Notes: generated by a model from the sequence alone, not told the origin. A DNA stretch of 64,000 nucleotides from Macrostomum lignano (GCA_002269645.1 NIVC01003397.1:1-64000), one strand, 5' to 3'. Positions 21,831 to 32,693 are shown, counted from the stretch's first letter. Translations and numbers: made by a program.

Positions 21831-23732
21831 CTAGCGTGGTCGTAGGTTGTAGCCATGTGGCTGGCTCACATCTGTCGTTTGAGTCTCCTCGTGCTTTGTC
21901 GCGACGTGACGGTTCGTTGAACGCGTGCGATCGGCGTTGTCCAATGTCGGTAGAAACGTCGCGGTGTCAGTGTTGATCTTCTTTAGTCGATGAATGTGCA
22001 CGTAGAATTGATGCTGATGTGGATCTTGCACATTAGCCAGGCGTGCCGTTGTTGGTGACGTTAGTTGGACCACTCGATAGGGTCCTTTGTACTTCTGCGC
22101 GTGTTTATGCGTCTGCTGTGGCGGGTAGTGCAGGTAAACGATGTCGCCGGCCGTCAGGGTTGTCGATCTCGCGTCGTTGCCGGTGGTCAGAGCCACCTGG
22201 TTGTCAATATTGTGCTTGGCGATCTTCCATGCGAGGTGTAGCTGCGTGACAAATTTTTGAATGGAAGTCGGTACTTCCACGTACTGCGATGGTAGCAATT
22301 GCTGTGCGAGCAGATTCGGCGGTTGGAAGTCTCGTCCAAACATTAGGAAGAATGGCGTATTGTCCGTTGATCGATGAATAGCGCTGTTGTAGGCCATTGT
22401 TACAGATTGCAGGTAGATGATCCAGTCTTCCGGCTGTTGGTGCGCGAAATGTGTAATCATCTCGTGCAGGTTGCGGTGAAACCGTTCAACCATGTTTGCC
22501 TTCGGATTGTAGGTCGATGTGTAGATCTGCGTAATGTTGAGAATCCTTACGACTTGCTGAAACAGTTGCGATGTAAACTGCGATCCGTTGTCCGATGTGA
22601 GGTTCTTTGGCGTGCCGTACTTGCAAATGATTTCGTTGAAGAAACTCATTGCCACTGTCTGAGCTGTGATGTCCGGTATCGGTATGGCGATAGCAAACTT
22701 CGAGAAGATATCCAAGGCGGTTAGAATGTAGGTGTAGGCAATGCCCTGGAGACAGCTCGGTGGCAGTGGTCCGGTGATGTCGATGCTTAGACAGTCCATT
22801 GTAGTCGACTTCGGAATGGACTGTAGCTGCGGTTTCTGTCGTCGTCCTGTCTTTGATGCAGCACATGAATGGCAGTTGTTGCAATACTGCTTGATGTCGC
22901 CGTACATAGTTGGCCAAAAGTAGTATTGTTCCACTCTCGCAATGGTCTTTGCGGCCGACAGGTGTCCAGCGAGTGGGTTGTCGTGCAGTTCGTTGAGAAT
23001 TGCTTGCCGAAACGAATATGGTACGTAGATCTTAGGTTTATTGTCGCTCATCCAGTAGAGCCGTGACTTATTGATTGTTAGGTGTTGTCGTTGCTTGCGT
23101 AGGAATTTTCGTTCCATGGGACTGAGTTTGATGTTCTTGTCGTCGTCTTTAACCGCTTGGTAGAAGTTGTCGCGCTCGGTTTCATCTACCAACTCTTTGA
23201 TGTTAGGGATTGGGTGAATGGAGTTGACTTCATAGGCTCTTGACAGGGCGTCCGCGGCCTTGTTAGTAATTCCTGGTTTGTAGACGAGCTTGTAGTTGTA
23301 GTCCTGGATCTTGAGTGTCATCCTGATGAGTCGGTTGTTTGTTTGTCCTTTTGTAGTTACGACGTAGGTCAATGGTGCATGATCCGTGCGTACTATCGTT
23401 TGTATTGGAGAACCATAGATGTAGTAATGAAACTGTCGCAGGGCGAACAAGACTCCTAGTAGCTCTCGTTCCGTAGCTGACCACTTTGTCTCATTTGGTT
23501 TGAGTGCTCGACTGACGTAGGCAATATGTCGTTCCTTCTTGTCCTTGGTCTCCTGTAGTAGGACTGCTCCGAGTCCCGTTCCTGAGGCGTCTGTCTCGAT
23601 GATGAAGGGCTTGTCGAAGTCCGGATGCTGTAGCAGTGCGTCTGATGTCAGCTGTCGTTTGATTTCGTCGAAACTTTCCTGTTGTCTCTGTGTCCAGTTG
23701 TCTTGCTTCCATTTGTCGAACTTGAGTAGGTC
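21831..23732 (-). CDS. RNase H and integrase portion of pol (same frame as 23733-27677, after one TAA)
   Basis: IETDASGTGLGAVL, WSATERELL, VRTDHAPL, LHDNPLAGH...C..C zinc finger, LSIDITGP, LTSDNGSQF, NMVERFH, KYKGPY. Confidence 0.92.
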   Translation of the reverse strand, partial: DLLKFDKWKQDNWTQRQQESFDEIKRQLTSDALLQHPDFDKPFIIETDASGTGLGAVLLQETKDKKERHIAYVSRALKPNETKWSATERELLGVLFALRQFHYYIYGSPIQTIVRTDHAPLTYVVTTKGQTNNRLIRMTLKIQDYNYKLVYKPGITNKAADALSRAYEVNSIHPIPNIKELVDETERDNFYQAVKDDDKNIKLSPMERKFLRKQRQHLTINKSRLYWMSDNKPKIYVPYSFRQAILNELHDNPLAGHLSAAKTIARVEQYYFWPTMYGDIKQYCNNCHSCAASKTGRRQKPQLQSIPKSTTMDCLSIDITGPLPPSCLQGIAYTYILTALDIFSKFAIAIPIPDITAQTVAMSFFNEIICKYGTPKNLTSDNGSQFTSQLFQQVVRILNITQIYTSTYNPKANMVERFHRNLHEMITHFAHQQPEDWIIYLQSVTMAYNSAIHRSTDNTPFFLMFGRDFQPPNLLAQQLLPSQYVEVPTSIQKFVTQLHLAWKIAKHNIDNQVALTTGNDARSTTLTAGDIVYLHYPPQQTHKHAQKYKGPYRVVQLTSPTTARLANVQDPHQHQFYVHIHRLKKINTDTATFLPTLDNADRTRSTNRHVATKHEETQTTDVSQPHGYNLRPR

Positions 23733-26700
23733 TTACAGTGGCTTTGCTGTCTTTGTGAAGTTAGGTAAGAACTTCCTGAAGTATTGCGCAAGTCCAAGGA
23801 ATGATTGGACCTTCGTTATACTGGTTGGCGTAGGAAACTTCTTCACCTTTTCCACATTGTCCGGGTCCGGTGAGATTCCTTTGGCTGTCACTTGGTGTCC
23901 TAGGTAACGCACGTTGTCTCGGAAGAATTTGCATTTCGTCGGTTGCAGCTTAAGACCTTGGCGTTGAATGAGCGCAAGGGCCTTCTCCGTAGCTTCGTAG
24001 AGTCGCTCGAAATCCTCTCCATAGGCCAAAATGTCGTCGACATAGTGCAGCAGGTTCGTGCATCCTGCAAGCATGTATGCTGTCAGTCTGCTCATCGTTG
24101 CTGGGCTGTTGCTAAGTCCCATCGGCGATCGGTTGTACTCGTAGACTTGTCCATTGTAGGTCTTGAAGGCTGTGTACTGGCGCGATTCCTGGCGAGTGAT
24201 GAACGCTTGCAAGAAGTCGTTGATGGTCCATCCAGGTGTTATCTCATCGAGTTGGATATCGGCGAATGGCGTGTACTTCGTTCTGTTGAACCGTATCTTC
24301 AGGTCGTCCATATCGTACGTTTCATCGACAATCACTTCTGGTTCTGTGATGTTTGCTGTCGTTCCTGTCGTTTTAATGACGTGTAGTGCATCGTCCAGTT
24401 GATAGTAGTTTGCTGCAGTGGTGCAAGGTCTTGGTATTGCGGTTCCAACGATGATGTTGTGTACCGTGTCCAAGAATCCTTGTATTCTTTTGCCTTCGTA
24501 GAATGCTTCAATTCTCGGTTTGTCGTAGCAAGTTGCTGAAGTGTTCGACGGTAAGATGTTGAAGTGCTGTATCGGCGTGCACTTGTATATCAGGAGATGT
24601 CCATATATCGGAATTGCCAGAACATCTCTCATTCCAGTGATCTTGCGAAATGTCATCGTAGGGTTGACATAGTAGTTTTGTCTTGCGTAGTTCAAGTTGA
24701 TTGCGTGCATCTTGCAAGTTAACTGAACCAGTGATCGGTGTAAGTGGCTTAGCTGGTTATGCAGGTTGTGATCCAGCGCCGTGATCTTTGCTGACAGTAG
24801 TCGGTTCGACACCAATCGTGGACGTTCTATGTCGCGTCGTTGCCTTTCTTGTTGTTGATACGTTCCGTTTATGATCGCCAGGAAGGTTAGTTTGTCGTCA
24901 TCCTTTACATAGACTGGTATTTCTTGCTCCGAGATGAATAGCGTCTTGTCCGTATCCTTGCATTTGAGTTCCTGTTCAACCGGCTTCTTTTGAAACGTCA
25001 AGGCCAAGTCTCCTGCCTTTGCCAAAAACGTATTCGACAGTAGTCCTCCTTCCACCGTGTGATACTTTTGAAGCTTGCAGTCAATTTCCGGCTCTACTTT
25101 CCATGCGAAGAAATATTGTCGTGACTTGTACGGTTCCTCATAGTGTGATTGTGCTCTGTGCTCAATCTGCCATCGATAGTCTTGATGATATGTTGGACTC
25201 AGTGGTAGACTGTGTAGTTCTTCCTTCCGTAGAATTGGTGTTGGACACCATCCCTCACTGTATCGACATTCGCTTAGTTGCAGCTGTAACGATTCCATTT
25301 TCTCGTACGGATTGTAGTAGAATGGAATATTTCTGATCAAGTAGCTGTTGCGTGCCATATATTCTTTCCATTTTCCGAAGAAGTGAATATATCGACCGTT
25401 GGCTGAATTCTTTGTTCTGAACAGCTGTGCGTTGCCGACCTTCTCATCTGGTTCCAGTTCACCATCTTTTGAAAATAGTGTTTGGTTCCATTGTAGGCAT
25501 TCCGCGTGTGACACATGTAGCTCATGTTGTTTAAATCGGATCCGGTTCCATTGTCCGCGCCAAACTTTTTCCACCAGGTGCTTGTCTCTGAAGCATACTA
25601 TTCCGTGTTGTCGATGCTTCTTGATGTTAGCCTTGTAGAGATCGAGTGTAATCTTCTTTGGTTTCGTCTGGTTTGTCTTGAAGTAGCTGCATTTGATGTC
25701 GGTTGGTATCTTGTAGATCATCGGTTGGATATGCGCATCCGTTGGACAGATCATTGGCTTTTCCGTTGCCGTTGCTTTGGCGACTACTGCTATCAGTAGT
25801 ATCACGATGATCCAGTATAGCCAGTTTTTCCACTTTTTGGACCTTGCCGTTGTCTTTGCTGGCATTGGCGGCGATCGCCATTCGTTATCTTCCATGTCCG
25901 CATCATATCCTTCCGGTTGTTTCATTGGTTGTTTCAGGCGGAAGGCTTCTGATTCGCTTTGCTTTTTGGTTATTTCAGTATCTTCGTCTGCGGCTTCTTC
26001 CGATGTTTCCGTTGTTTCACTCCATTGCGTTTGGTATCTTTTCTCTGTCTTGTAGTCGACCGTTTGAATATAGGCTTCACCATTTCGTTTGTATCGTATC
26101 TCGTAGCATTCGTCGCTGTCGGAACTCGGCTTTTCTTTCATCTGTTCTTTTTCCATTTCTTCATCTTTCCATTGTATTTCGTAGCCTTGATCGCTGTCGG
26201 AACTTAGATTTTCCGCTCTCAGTTCTTCCTGCATTCCTCTTTCGGCTTGGTAGTCGTTCGTGTCATCACGCACCTCGCAGTCGTGGTCGTTGCCGTAACT
26301 TCTACATTCTTCTTCTTCTTTCATTTCTTTGTCTTTCATGCTCGTTTTGTCGTCATCCACTGTTGTCGATTCATAGTTGTTTTCTTCGCCGGTTTCCATC
26401 TTTTCTTCGTTACCGATGTCGCTCTCCGCCTCCTCCCTTTTCTTGTGATTTACTTTCTTCCTGTTTTCTCTGCTGTCTCCGGTGGTCTCTTTTAATTTGA
26501 TCATTTCGGTTTCATTCGCCTCTTCTGTGTTGTCAGTGTTGTCCTCGTGCGTCGTCTTCTTTTCGATCAAGCTGATGTCAACTTCCGGGACTGTGAAGTC
26601 CATTTCCAAGTCGTCAATTGTGAACACTTGCTGTTCTTGCTGCTCATTTTCTGGTGTGTACGTGATGGCATTCGCGTATCGTGGCATTGCTTGCGTCGGC

Positions 26701-27677
26701 TGTCTTTGTGTGTACCTGACGTTGCGTGGCCTGTAGCCATTATTTCTGAAGCGACCGTCGTTTCCGAAGCGGCCATCATTTCCGGAGCGGTCATTATTTC
26801 CGAAGCGTCTATCATTTCCGAAGCGTCTTATGCCTTGTTGTTGGCGATTTTGATATTGCTGCCATGGTTTCTGCGGCTTTTGATTGTTGAATATCTGTCG
26901 CGGCTTGTCGTACCTTGTTGACCAATGAGGACAATTAATCTGATAATGTCCTTCTTGTCCGCAGTAGTAACATCTGGCTGAGGCTTGTTCATTTCGTCTT
27001 TTTTGTTCGGCGATAGCAGCTGTCTGGTGCTGCATTAATTTGTTTAATTGCTGCGTCAGTTTCTGCACTTCATTGTTGCCTGTCGTCATTAATGGGGCAC
27101 TGGCTTCCCATTGCATTCCGCATCGCAAAAGGTCTTCTTCGGTTTCGATATTTTCACGCAAAAGTCTATCCCGAAGTGACGGCTGTGCGTTGTTTATTAC
27201 GTGCAGGATGAGGTTTTGTTCGCGATCCATCAATCGTTGTCTTTCTCTGGCGGCCAATTCTGCCGCTCCCAGTGGCGGTTGGTCCGCAGCTTGCAGCGGT
27301 GGCTGATGCAGTGCCTTAATTATCTGGCGGATATCGTCCACAAAGGCGAGGAAGGATTCTGTTGCTTGCATCCTTCTGTTATGTAACTTGTGCAGCAGCA
27401 CTGATCTGTTTGTGCCGCAACAGTTGAAATGCGCGCGCAGTTGAATGATTAGTGCTGGATAATTTTGCTGTGTTGCTGCATCCAGCTTGCCGTAAATTTC
27501 TCGCGCAGTACCTTGGAGAAGAGGTGGCAGCAGCTGTGCCTTCTCTGGATTTTGTAGGTTGTATTCCCTACATACCAGGTCAAAATGGTCAACAAATGTG
27601 TTAAAATCTTTCTCCATCGAGAAGGTACCGACCGTTTCTTTGATGTCTCTGTGTACCGTTGGATTGCGCCGCGCCAT
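23733..27677 (-). CDS. Gag - acidic linker - signal peptide - Env-like ectodomain - N-truncated RT polyprotein
   Basis: Gag with CYYCGQEGHYQINC; WLYWIIVILLIAVVAKATA signal; Cys-rich ectodomain with 5 N-glycosylation sequons and RQRR furin site; fused to ESRQYTAF...PMGLSNSP...YVDD. No protease and no TM anchor. Confidence 0.88.
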   Translation of the reverse strand: MARRNPTVHRDIKETVGTFSMEKDFNTFVDHFDLVCREYNLQNPEKAQLLPPLLQGTAREIYGKLDAATQQNYPALIIQLRAHFNCCGTNRSVLLHKLHNRRMQATESFLAFVDDIRQIIKALHQPPLQAADQPPLGAAELAARERQRLMDREQNLILHVINNAQPSLRDRLLRENIETEEDLLRCGMQWEASAPLMTTGNNEVQKLTQQLNKLMQHQTAAIAEQKRRNEQASARCYYCGQEGHYQINCPHWSTRYDKPRQIFNNQKPQKPWQQYQNRQQQGIRRFGNDRRFGNNDRSGNDGRFGNDGRFRNNGYRPRNVRYTQRQPTQAMPRYANAITYTPENEQQEQQVFTIDDLEMDFTVPEVDISLIEKKTTHEDNTDNTEEANETEMIKLKETTGDSRENRKKVNHKKREEAESDIGNEEKMETGEENNYESTTVDDDKTSMKDKEMKEEEECRSYGNDHDCEVRDDTNDYQAERGMQEELRAENLSSDSDQGYEIQWKDEEMEKEQMKEKPSSDSDECYEIRYKRNGEAYIQTVDYKTEKRYQTQWSETTETSEEAADEDTEITKKQSESEAFRLKQPMKQPEGYDADMEDNEWRSPPMPAKTTARSKKWKNWLYWIIVILLIAVVAKATATEKPMICPTDAHIQPMIYKIPTDIKCSYFKTNQTKPKKITLDLYKANIKKHRQHGIVCFRDKHLVEKVWRGQWNRIRFKQHELHVSHAECLQWNQTLFSKDGELEPDEKVGNAQLFRTKNSANGRYIHFFGKWKEYMARNSYLIRNIPFYYNPYEKMESLQLQLSECRYSEGWCPTPILRKEELHSLPLSPTYHQDYRWQIEHRAQSHYEEPYKSRQYFFAWKVEPEIDCKLQKYHTVEGGLLSNTFLAKAGDLALTFQKKPVEQELKCKDTDKTLFISEQEIPVYVKDDDKLTFLAIINGTYQQQERQRRDIERPRLVSNRLLSAKITALDHNLHNQLSHLHRSLVQLTCKMHAINLNYARQNYYVNPTMTFRKITGMRDVLAIPIYGHLLIYKCTPIQHFNILPSNTSATCYDKPRIEAFYEGKRIQGFLDTVHNIIVGTAIPRPCTTAANYYQLDDALHVIKTTGTTANITEPEVIVDETYDMDDLKIRFNRTKYTPFADIQLDEITPGWTINDFLQAFITRQESRQYTAFKTYNGQVYEYNRSPMGLSNSPATMSRLTAYMLAGCTNLLHYVDDILAYGEDFERLYEATEKALALIQRQGLKLQPTKCKFFRDNVRYLGHQVTAKGISPDPDNVEKVKKFPTPTSITKVQSFLGLAQYFRKFLPNFTKTAKPL

Positions 27678-28357
27678 GTTGTTGATAGGATAGAACGGTA
27701 GTTCAAGATCTGGATCGATTTGTAACGGATCGTCCAGTGTGGTGTTTGCCTCGGAATAAACCTCGACTGTAACGAATTGCCTTGCGGTGTCGATCTGTTA
27801 TTCGCTGGCCTCGAAGTTGCGGCTTGCTGCCACTGGTTGTCTTCAAATGAACTTGTTCTGTTCGCTTGCCGATTTCGCACTTATGCGGCGTCCCGCAAAG
27901 TGTATCTTGAAGTGGACTTTGTCTTCTTGCTTTGCAAAGGCTTTTTTTTCTCTTCTTTCCTTCTTTGTCAATTAACTCCGCTCTCCACGAAGTTTCAATT
28001 AATTTCGGTTTGTTTTAGTTTTTGTGCCGGCAAAATGCTTCAGTTATTTTTTTGTTTGTTTTGCGTCGACGATTCTTTTATTTTCGGTTTGTTTTCAGTG
28101 TACCGACGAAGTTTATTTCGGCTTTGTATTTAACTCACACTTGCTCGAGCTCGTTAAAACAAAAATTAACACGTGTGCTCAGTTGTACTCAAATTTGACA
28201 GGTGCTCAAACCTGTACACCAAATTTACTCGAGTTTCAAAACGTAACGGACTTAAAAAGTGTTAACTCTAACACGTGCGCGCAAAATTAATGAAGTCGCT
28301 CTGTCGTCACTTTACAATAGCTTGATCAGGGCTATTGCTCAAAGTTTGAGTAGTGCC

Positions 28358-28375
28358 GAGAGGGCGAGATCACCA
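28358..28375 (-). promoter_or_regulatory. Primer-binding site
   Basis: TGGTGATCTCGCCC.. begins 2 nt after the 5' LTR; the tRNA was not identified. Confidence 0.7.
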
Positions 28376-28377
28376 AT

Positions 28378-29240
28378 TGATGTGTTCCTTATTACCCGAC
28401 TTTCGATAATCAAGGAACAATCACTTCTAGCTCAACAGCTAGGCAACCCAGTAAGTCAAACGAAGGTATTCAATTACCTTTAATCCGGATTTGAATTTCT
28501 TGAGTAGTTCTCGCTAGGAACTCGTCAGTAGATCTCGTAGATCAGGCGCCTTGATTCTTTAGTTGCTCTGGTCCTGGTTCCTCTTGTACTTCCGATAAGT
28601 TCTTCCGGCCGGTATCTTCCGTCAGGACCAATCAGAGGCCTCGTAGCAACAATGGGTACCCTGCGCCAAAACTGCGGTCTAAATTAAGCCTCCTTCTTCT
28701 AGCAGTGCCTCTATGCACTCTAGGTATAGCTCCGGAAACCACTGATAGTCCTCTAAGATCTATCAGGGGCAGTCCTTCTGGAGACTGCAACCAATGGAGT
28801 CTAAACAGACTCAAGAGTCTCAACAGACTCAAATGGACTCAAGTCTCAATAGACTTGAGCGAGACGTCTCTAACACAACAGGCGCAAATAAGGAAGGCTT
28901 ACCGCAACAACTCGACCGAGTCTCGATTGACTTGGTGATCAGGAAGTCCTCCTAAGGCTTCCTCTTCGGAGCGCTCCTCTTCCGTGGGGAGAATGGCTCC
29001 GGTACCGCTTCAGATCGCTTGTATTTATAGGCAACTTTTTGCTCCAAAATAGTATCATGACAATTCACGTGTTGCGCTAAAAGGGGAAAATGGCTCATGG
29101 CGTATTATTCTGGTAACATCTTTTCTGGTAGCGTGATTCATTCAAAGCTTAGGCGCACATGCGTATACTTACTTACTTATAGTAGTATTATACGATTATC
29201 TTCTTTTTTTCTGTTTTTGCAGGAGGCAGAACACTCTACA
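28378..29240 (-). repeat. 5' LTR
   Basis: Near-identical to 20286-21148. Confidence 0.95.
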
Positions 29241-31066
29241 CGTTTAACAACAAGTGGCGTTGCTTTTTTATTAAGTTAGTGTTACCAGCTATATGAAACT
29301 TCACCTTCACGATGATATCAAACGTCATCTTTCTCCGGGTTGAATATTATTCGAAATATTTTCAGCTGCCATAAAACATACCAATAGATGTTTTTGGTAT
29401 AAAATGACTTAAAGAAATACCAAATCATGGCTGATTTAGTTACTAATACAAACTTTGCTAAATTGGCTGGCTGATAAGATAGTTGTTCATTTTAATTCTA
29501 CTACTTTCTCTCTCCCCATTTCCTATCAGTACTGCTGTTTGTATTGGAAATATACAGTAATAATAGCCTGGCCTACCACAAGTATTGCATTGATTACATT
29601 ACAACTACTAGAGCTAAACATAATTCCTATCAAAATAATAATTGTCTGGAAATCAAATTCCTACATACATACAGTTTGCAAAGAACTGCTTGATTTTCGA
29701 ATCAGTCTTCCTCTCAGCTTAATAATATATAATCATTGGACATTGGATATCATATCCTAGGTCTATCATCATATCATATCCATAGACCATATCATAGGAT
29801 ATTATATCATATTTTTATTTGGAAGGTACAGCTGTTCTAGCATTTCTATCATACAAAAAAGCTTGGCATACTTGATTTGAAGTTAATTTTTTTTGTTTCT
29901 TAGTTTGACTAGTTAGCCATTTAATGACATTATATCTATTATACATGCTAAGTTCATGTTAGGCCTAGCATTTAAAATATACTTTAGTTTCTTAGTTAGC
30001 TTATTGAAATCTTTAGTAGGCCCTAATTTCTCATTTTAGCACTCTTAGAGCTAGAATTTCTTTAACAAACTTAGGCTTAGCTATATTCTATATTAAAGCA
30101 TATATTTTATTTTTTTTGCCCATCAAGTAGCCTATAGCCTATTACATAATCATATTCAAACATATTTTAGACATTATTGTGACATTGCTAAGGCACTATT
30201 GTTTAATTTGTGGTTGAGCAGGTTTCTTAGTTGAATAGAAAGTCTAAACAAAAGTAAAAATATTTATAGGATTATATATAGAAATCCTAAGAGTAAGACT
30301 AAAGCATTCTGTTTGATATAGTTTTGTATATTGCAATTTTAGGATGTATAAAATATAACTGTATAAATGCATAAGTCCAAATCTTTTTATAACCAAATAT
30401 ACTTTTTTCTGCCTGTTTCAGATGGCCACCTGGGTGAAGAGGACAGGAGAGGTTGCTACTATATATCATCAATGATACTAATTCCAACTCCTAGATGAGG
30501 AGAGAATTCATTCCTATGATGACATCATCCCTGCTTATTGGAACAGGTTGTCATGAAGGGATATCAGCTAGTCAATTTGAGGAAGGAGTTGAGGAAGAAG
30601 ATAACAATTCACCATTTGATTCAGTCTCCAATTCAAAGACTGAGGACTATCAAGAATCTGATGTAGCTCTTCTGAGTGAAAGACTGGGCAATAATGCAAT
30701 ATGCAGCAATATGCAATCTACTGTCTATTTATTCTATAGTTCTGTTGTTTGCTGCTTTCATCCTTATATTTAATTGTTCTAATAACACTGTTTTCAACAT
30801 TCTCTTCTGTTTTGTCAGTATTGTCGTTTTTACTGTCGCTATTATAAATTTTTCAACTTTTAAAATTTAATTTATTACCATCCTTTTCATAAATTTTCAT
30901 ATGCAAACATCAACTTAATTTGTGTTAAAATAACAATTTATGAAGAAAAGTAACAATAACTTCCAAATCTAATGTCTACAATATGTATACAAGAGAAGAT
31001 GAATATAAGGCTTTGTCCGCATGTATTCTTGTTTAATTTTTTCTGGTAAAAATTTACTCTATTAGC

Positions 31067-31224
31067 CAGGGGCATAGCCACCGGGTCATGGGGGTCATGA
31101 ACCCCCCCCCAGCCGGCTGATCCAGGCCAAATACAGGCAGCAGCCCCCCTCCCCCGTCGCAGAGGTCTAGCACCCCGCCGCTGTGACTGTGACCCCCGGA
31201 AGGAAATTCCTAGCTACGCCACGG
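31067..31224. mobile_element. hAT-type MITE
   Basis: CAGGGGCATAGC...GCTACGCCACGG termini, 8-bp TSD CTATTAGC. Confidence 0.8.
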
Positions 31225-31621
31225 CTATTAGCTACTAGAAATAAAAGATGGGTACATGTACTTGCCTACACACATTCAAAGAAAGTTGACTTCAGAATGC
31301 AAAGATAACCATAAATCATAAAGCCAGTAACATTTGTTTTCTTGAAAGACATCATACTAGTCATTTCGTGCATTTAAAAGCCATTAAATCTATTAAATAA
31401 AGACGGTAAAGTTTCGGTAAATTTTGACGTCAAAACAACGTCACAGATCTAGGTCAAAATTACGTAAAAAACATCGACAGAATTGACGTCATTTCAACGT
31501 CACACTTTGACCTATTTTCAACGTCAGTTTGACGTCGCGCAACGTCACTTTGCTACATGGGGTGCTTTGTAATAGGAACCTGGAGAGACAACTGGAAACA
31601 TTTTTAGAGAAAATTTAGTTT

Positions 31622-32049
31622 TTTTTCAAAAAGTGAGGACCCTGCGCTGATGATTTAAAGTCTTTGGGATATGGTTTCGCCGCTTTGGATTGAATGTGGG
31701 CCCCATGGGGAGAAGGATGCAGATTCTTTTCTGATTGTTTCTGGGTGGATGTCAGTGGATTATGTCAGTGTCAGTGAGCATAACAGGTGTTAGTGGACAT
31801 CTGTTATGCTCACTGATTCTGTCGGGGATAGATTTAATGGGATTATGGAGGGGGTTTTATGGGCGAGTAGGACCCCATTTTTTTCTTCAGGGATAATATG
31901 GATGGATTTAGGTGGATTATGGAGGATGTTTTGTGAGCGAGTGCGGCCCCCCTATTTTCTGATTCTGTTGGGGATAATATAGATGGATTTAGGTGGATTA
32001 TGGAGGAGGTGAAAAATTTTGTCCCAAAAGCCCCCTCATGACATCTACT
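31622..32049 (-). repeat. Right Polinton terminal inverted repeat
   Basis: Reverse complement of 618-1098 with differing subrepeat number; ends TCTACT. Confidence 0.8.
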
Positions 32050-32547
32050 CAAAGCTGCTATGAGATTAATGCAAAGCTGCTTTGAGATTATTGCTATGAG
32101 ATTATACAGGAGCTGCTATGAGATTATTGCTATGAGATTATTCAGGAGCTGCTATGAGATTATTGCTATGAGATTATAGAGGAGCTGCTATGTGATTCTT
32201 GCAAAGGTGCTATGAGGTTATTGCTTGAGATTATTATTGCTAAGCTGCTTTGAGATTATTGCAGAGCTGCAATGAGATTATTGCAAAGCTGCTATGAGAT
32301 TATTGCTAAGCTGCTATGAGATTATTGCAAAGCTGCTATGAGATTATTGCTATGAGATTATACAGGAGCTGCTATGAGATTCTTGCAAAACTGCTATAAA
32401 AATATTGCTATGAGATTATTATTGCTAAGCTGCTTTGAGATTATTGCAAAGCTGCAATGAGATTATACAGAAGCTGCTATGAGATTATTGCTATGAGAAT
32501 ATTGCAAAGCTGCTATGATATTATTGCTATGAGTTTATTGCAAAGCT
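32050..32547. repeat. Satellite/minisatellite (gctgctatgagattattgcaaa, 13-22-bp variants), left part
   Basis: Direct reading; same unit resumes at 35844. Confidence 0.9.
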
Positions 32548-32576
32548 CAGATTTCTTAATTTAAGAAATTAAGACT

Positions 32577-32678
32577 GTCTTAATTTATTTGCAGTCTTAA
32601 TTTATTTGCAGTCTTAATTTATTTGCAGTCTTAATTTATTTGCAGTCTTAATTTATTTGCAGTCTTAATTTATTTGCA
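32577..32678 (+). repeat. 17-bp tandem repeat x6 (gtcttaatttatttgca) in the RTE 5' region
   Basis: Direct reading; preceded by an inverted partial copy. Confidence 0.9.
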
Positions 32679-32693
32679 CCACGGTGCAGATAA

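Larger units (their letters stand above)
20286..29240 (-). mobile_element. Young Ty3/Gypsy LTR retrotransposon with env-like gene upstream of pol
   Basis: Two 863-bp LTRs (only 2 mismatches seen by eye), 4-bp TSD CGTT, PBS, PPT, and a Gag-Env-RT-RH-IN frame. Confidence 0.93.
618..32049. mobile_element. Polinton/Maverick (adintovirus-like) endogenous element, decayed, with multiple nested insertions
   Basis: Integrase, pPolB, A32/FtsK-like ATPase, major and minor capsid and PLA2 genes, bounded by inverted repeats starting AGTAGA (618) and ending TCTACT (32049). No 6-bp TSD is visible, so pairing of the two ends is inferred. Confidence 0.75.

Noticed and set aside
23733-23735. TAA between RT and RNase H as programmed readthrough
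   Set aside because: The position within pol is not where readthrough is used; a point mutation or sequencing error is simpler.
23943-26921. Plus-strand ORFs overlapping the Gypsy polyprotein
   Set aside because: Antisense shadows of the real coding strand, with no motifs.
30420-30730. Possible spliced acidic exons (DGHLGEEDRR; GCHEGISASQFEEG...)
   Set aside because: No recognisable domain, start or partner exons; unsupported.
18714-31562. Weak inverted similarity (CCC..AGCAAAG..ACGT..CGTTGAAA.TAGGT) suggesting one DNA transposon spanning the region
   Set aside because: Similarity is too low and there is no TSD.
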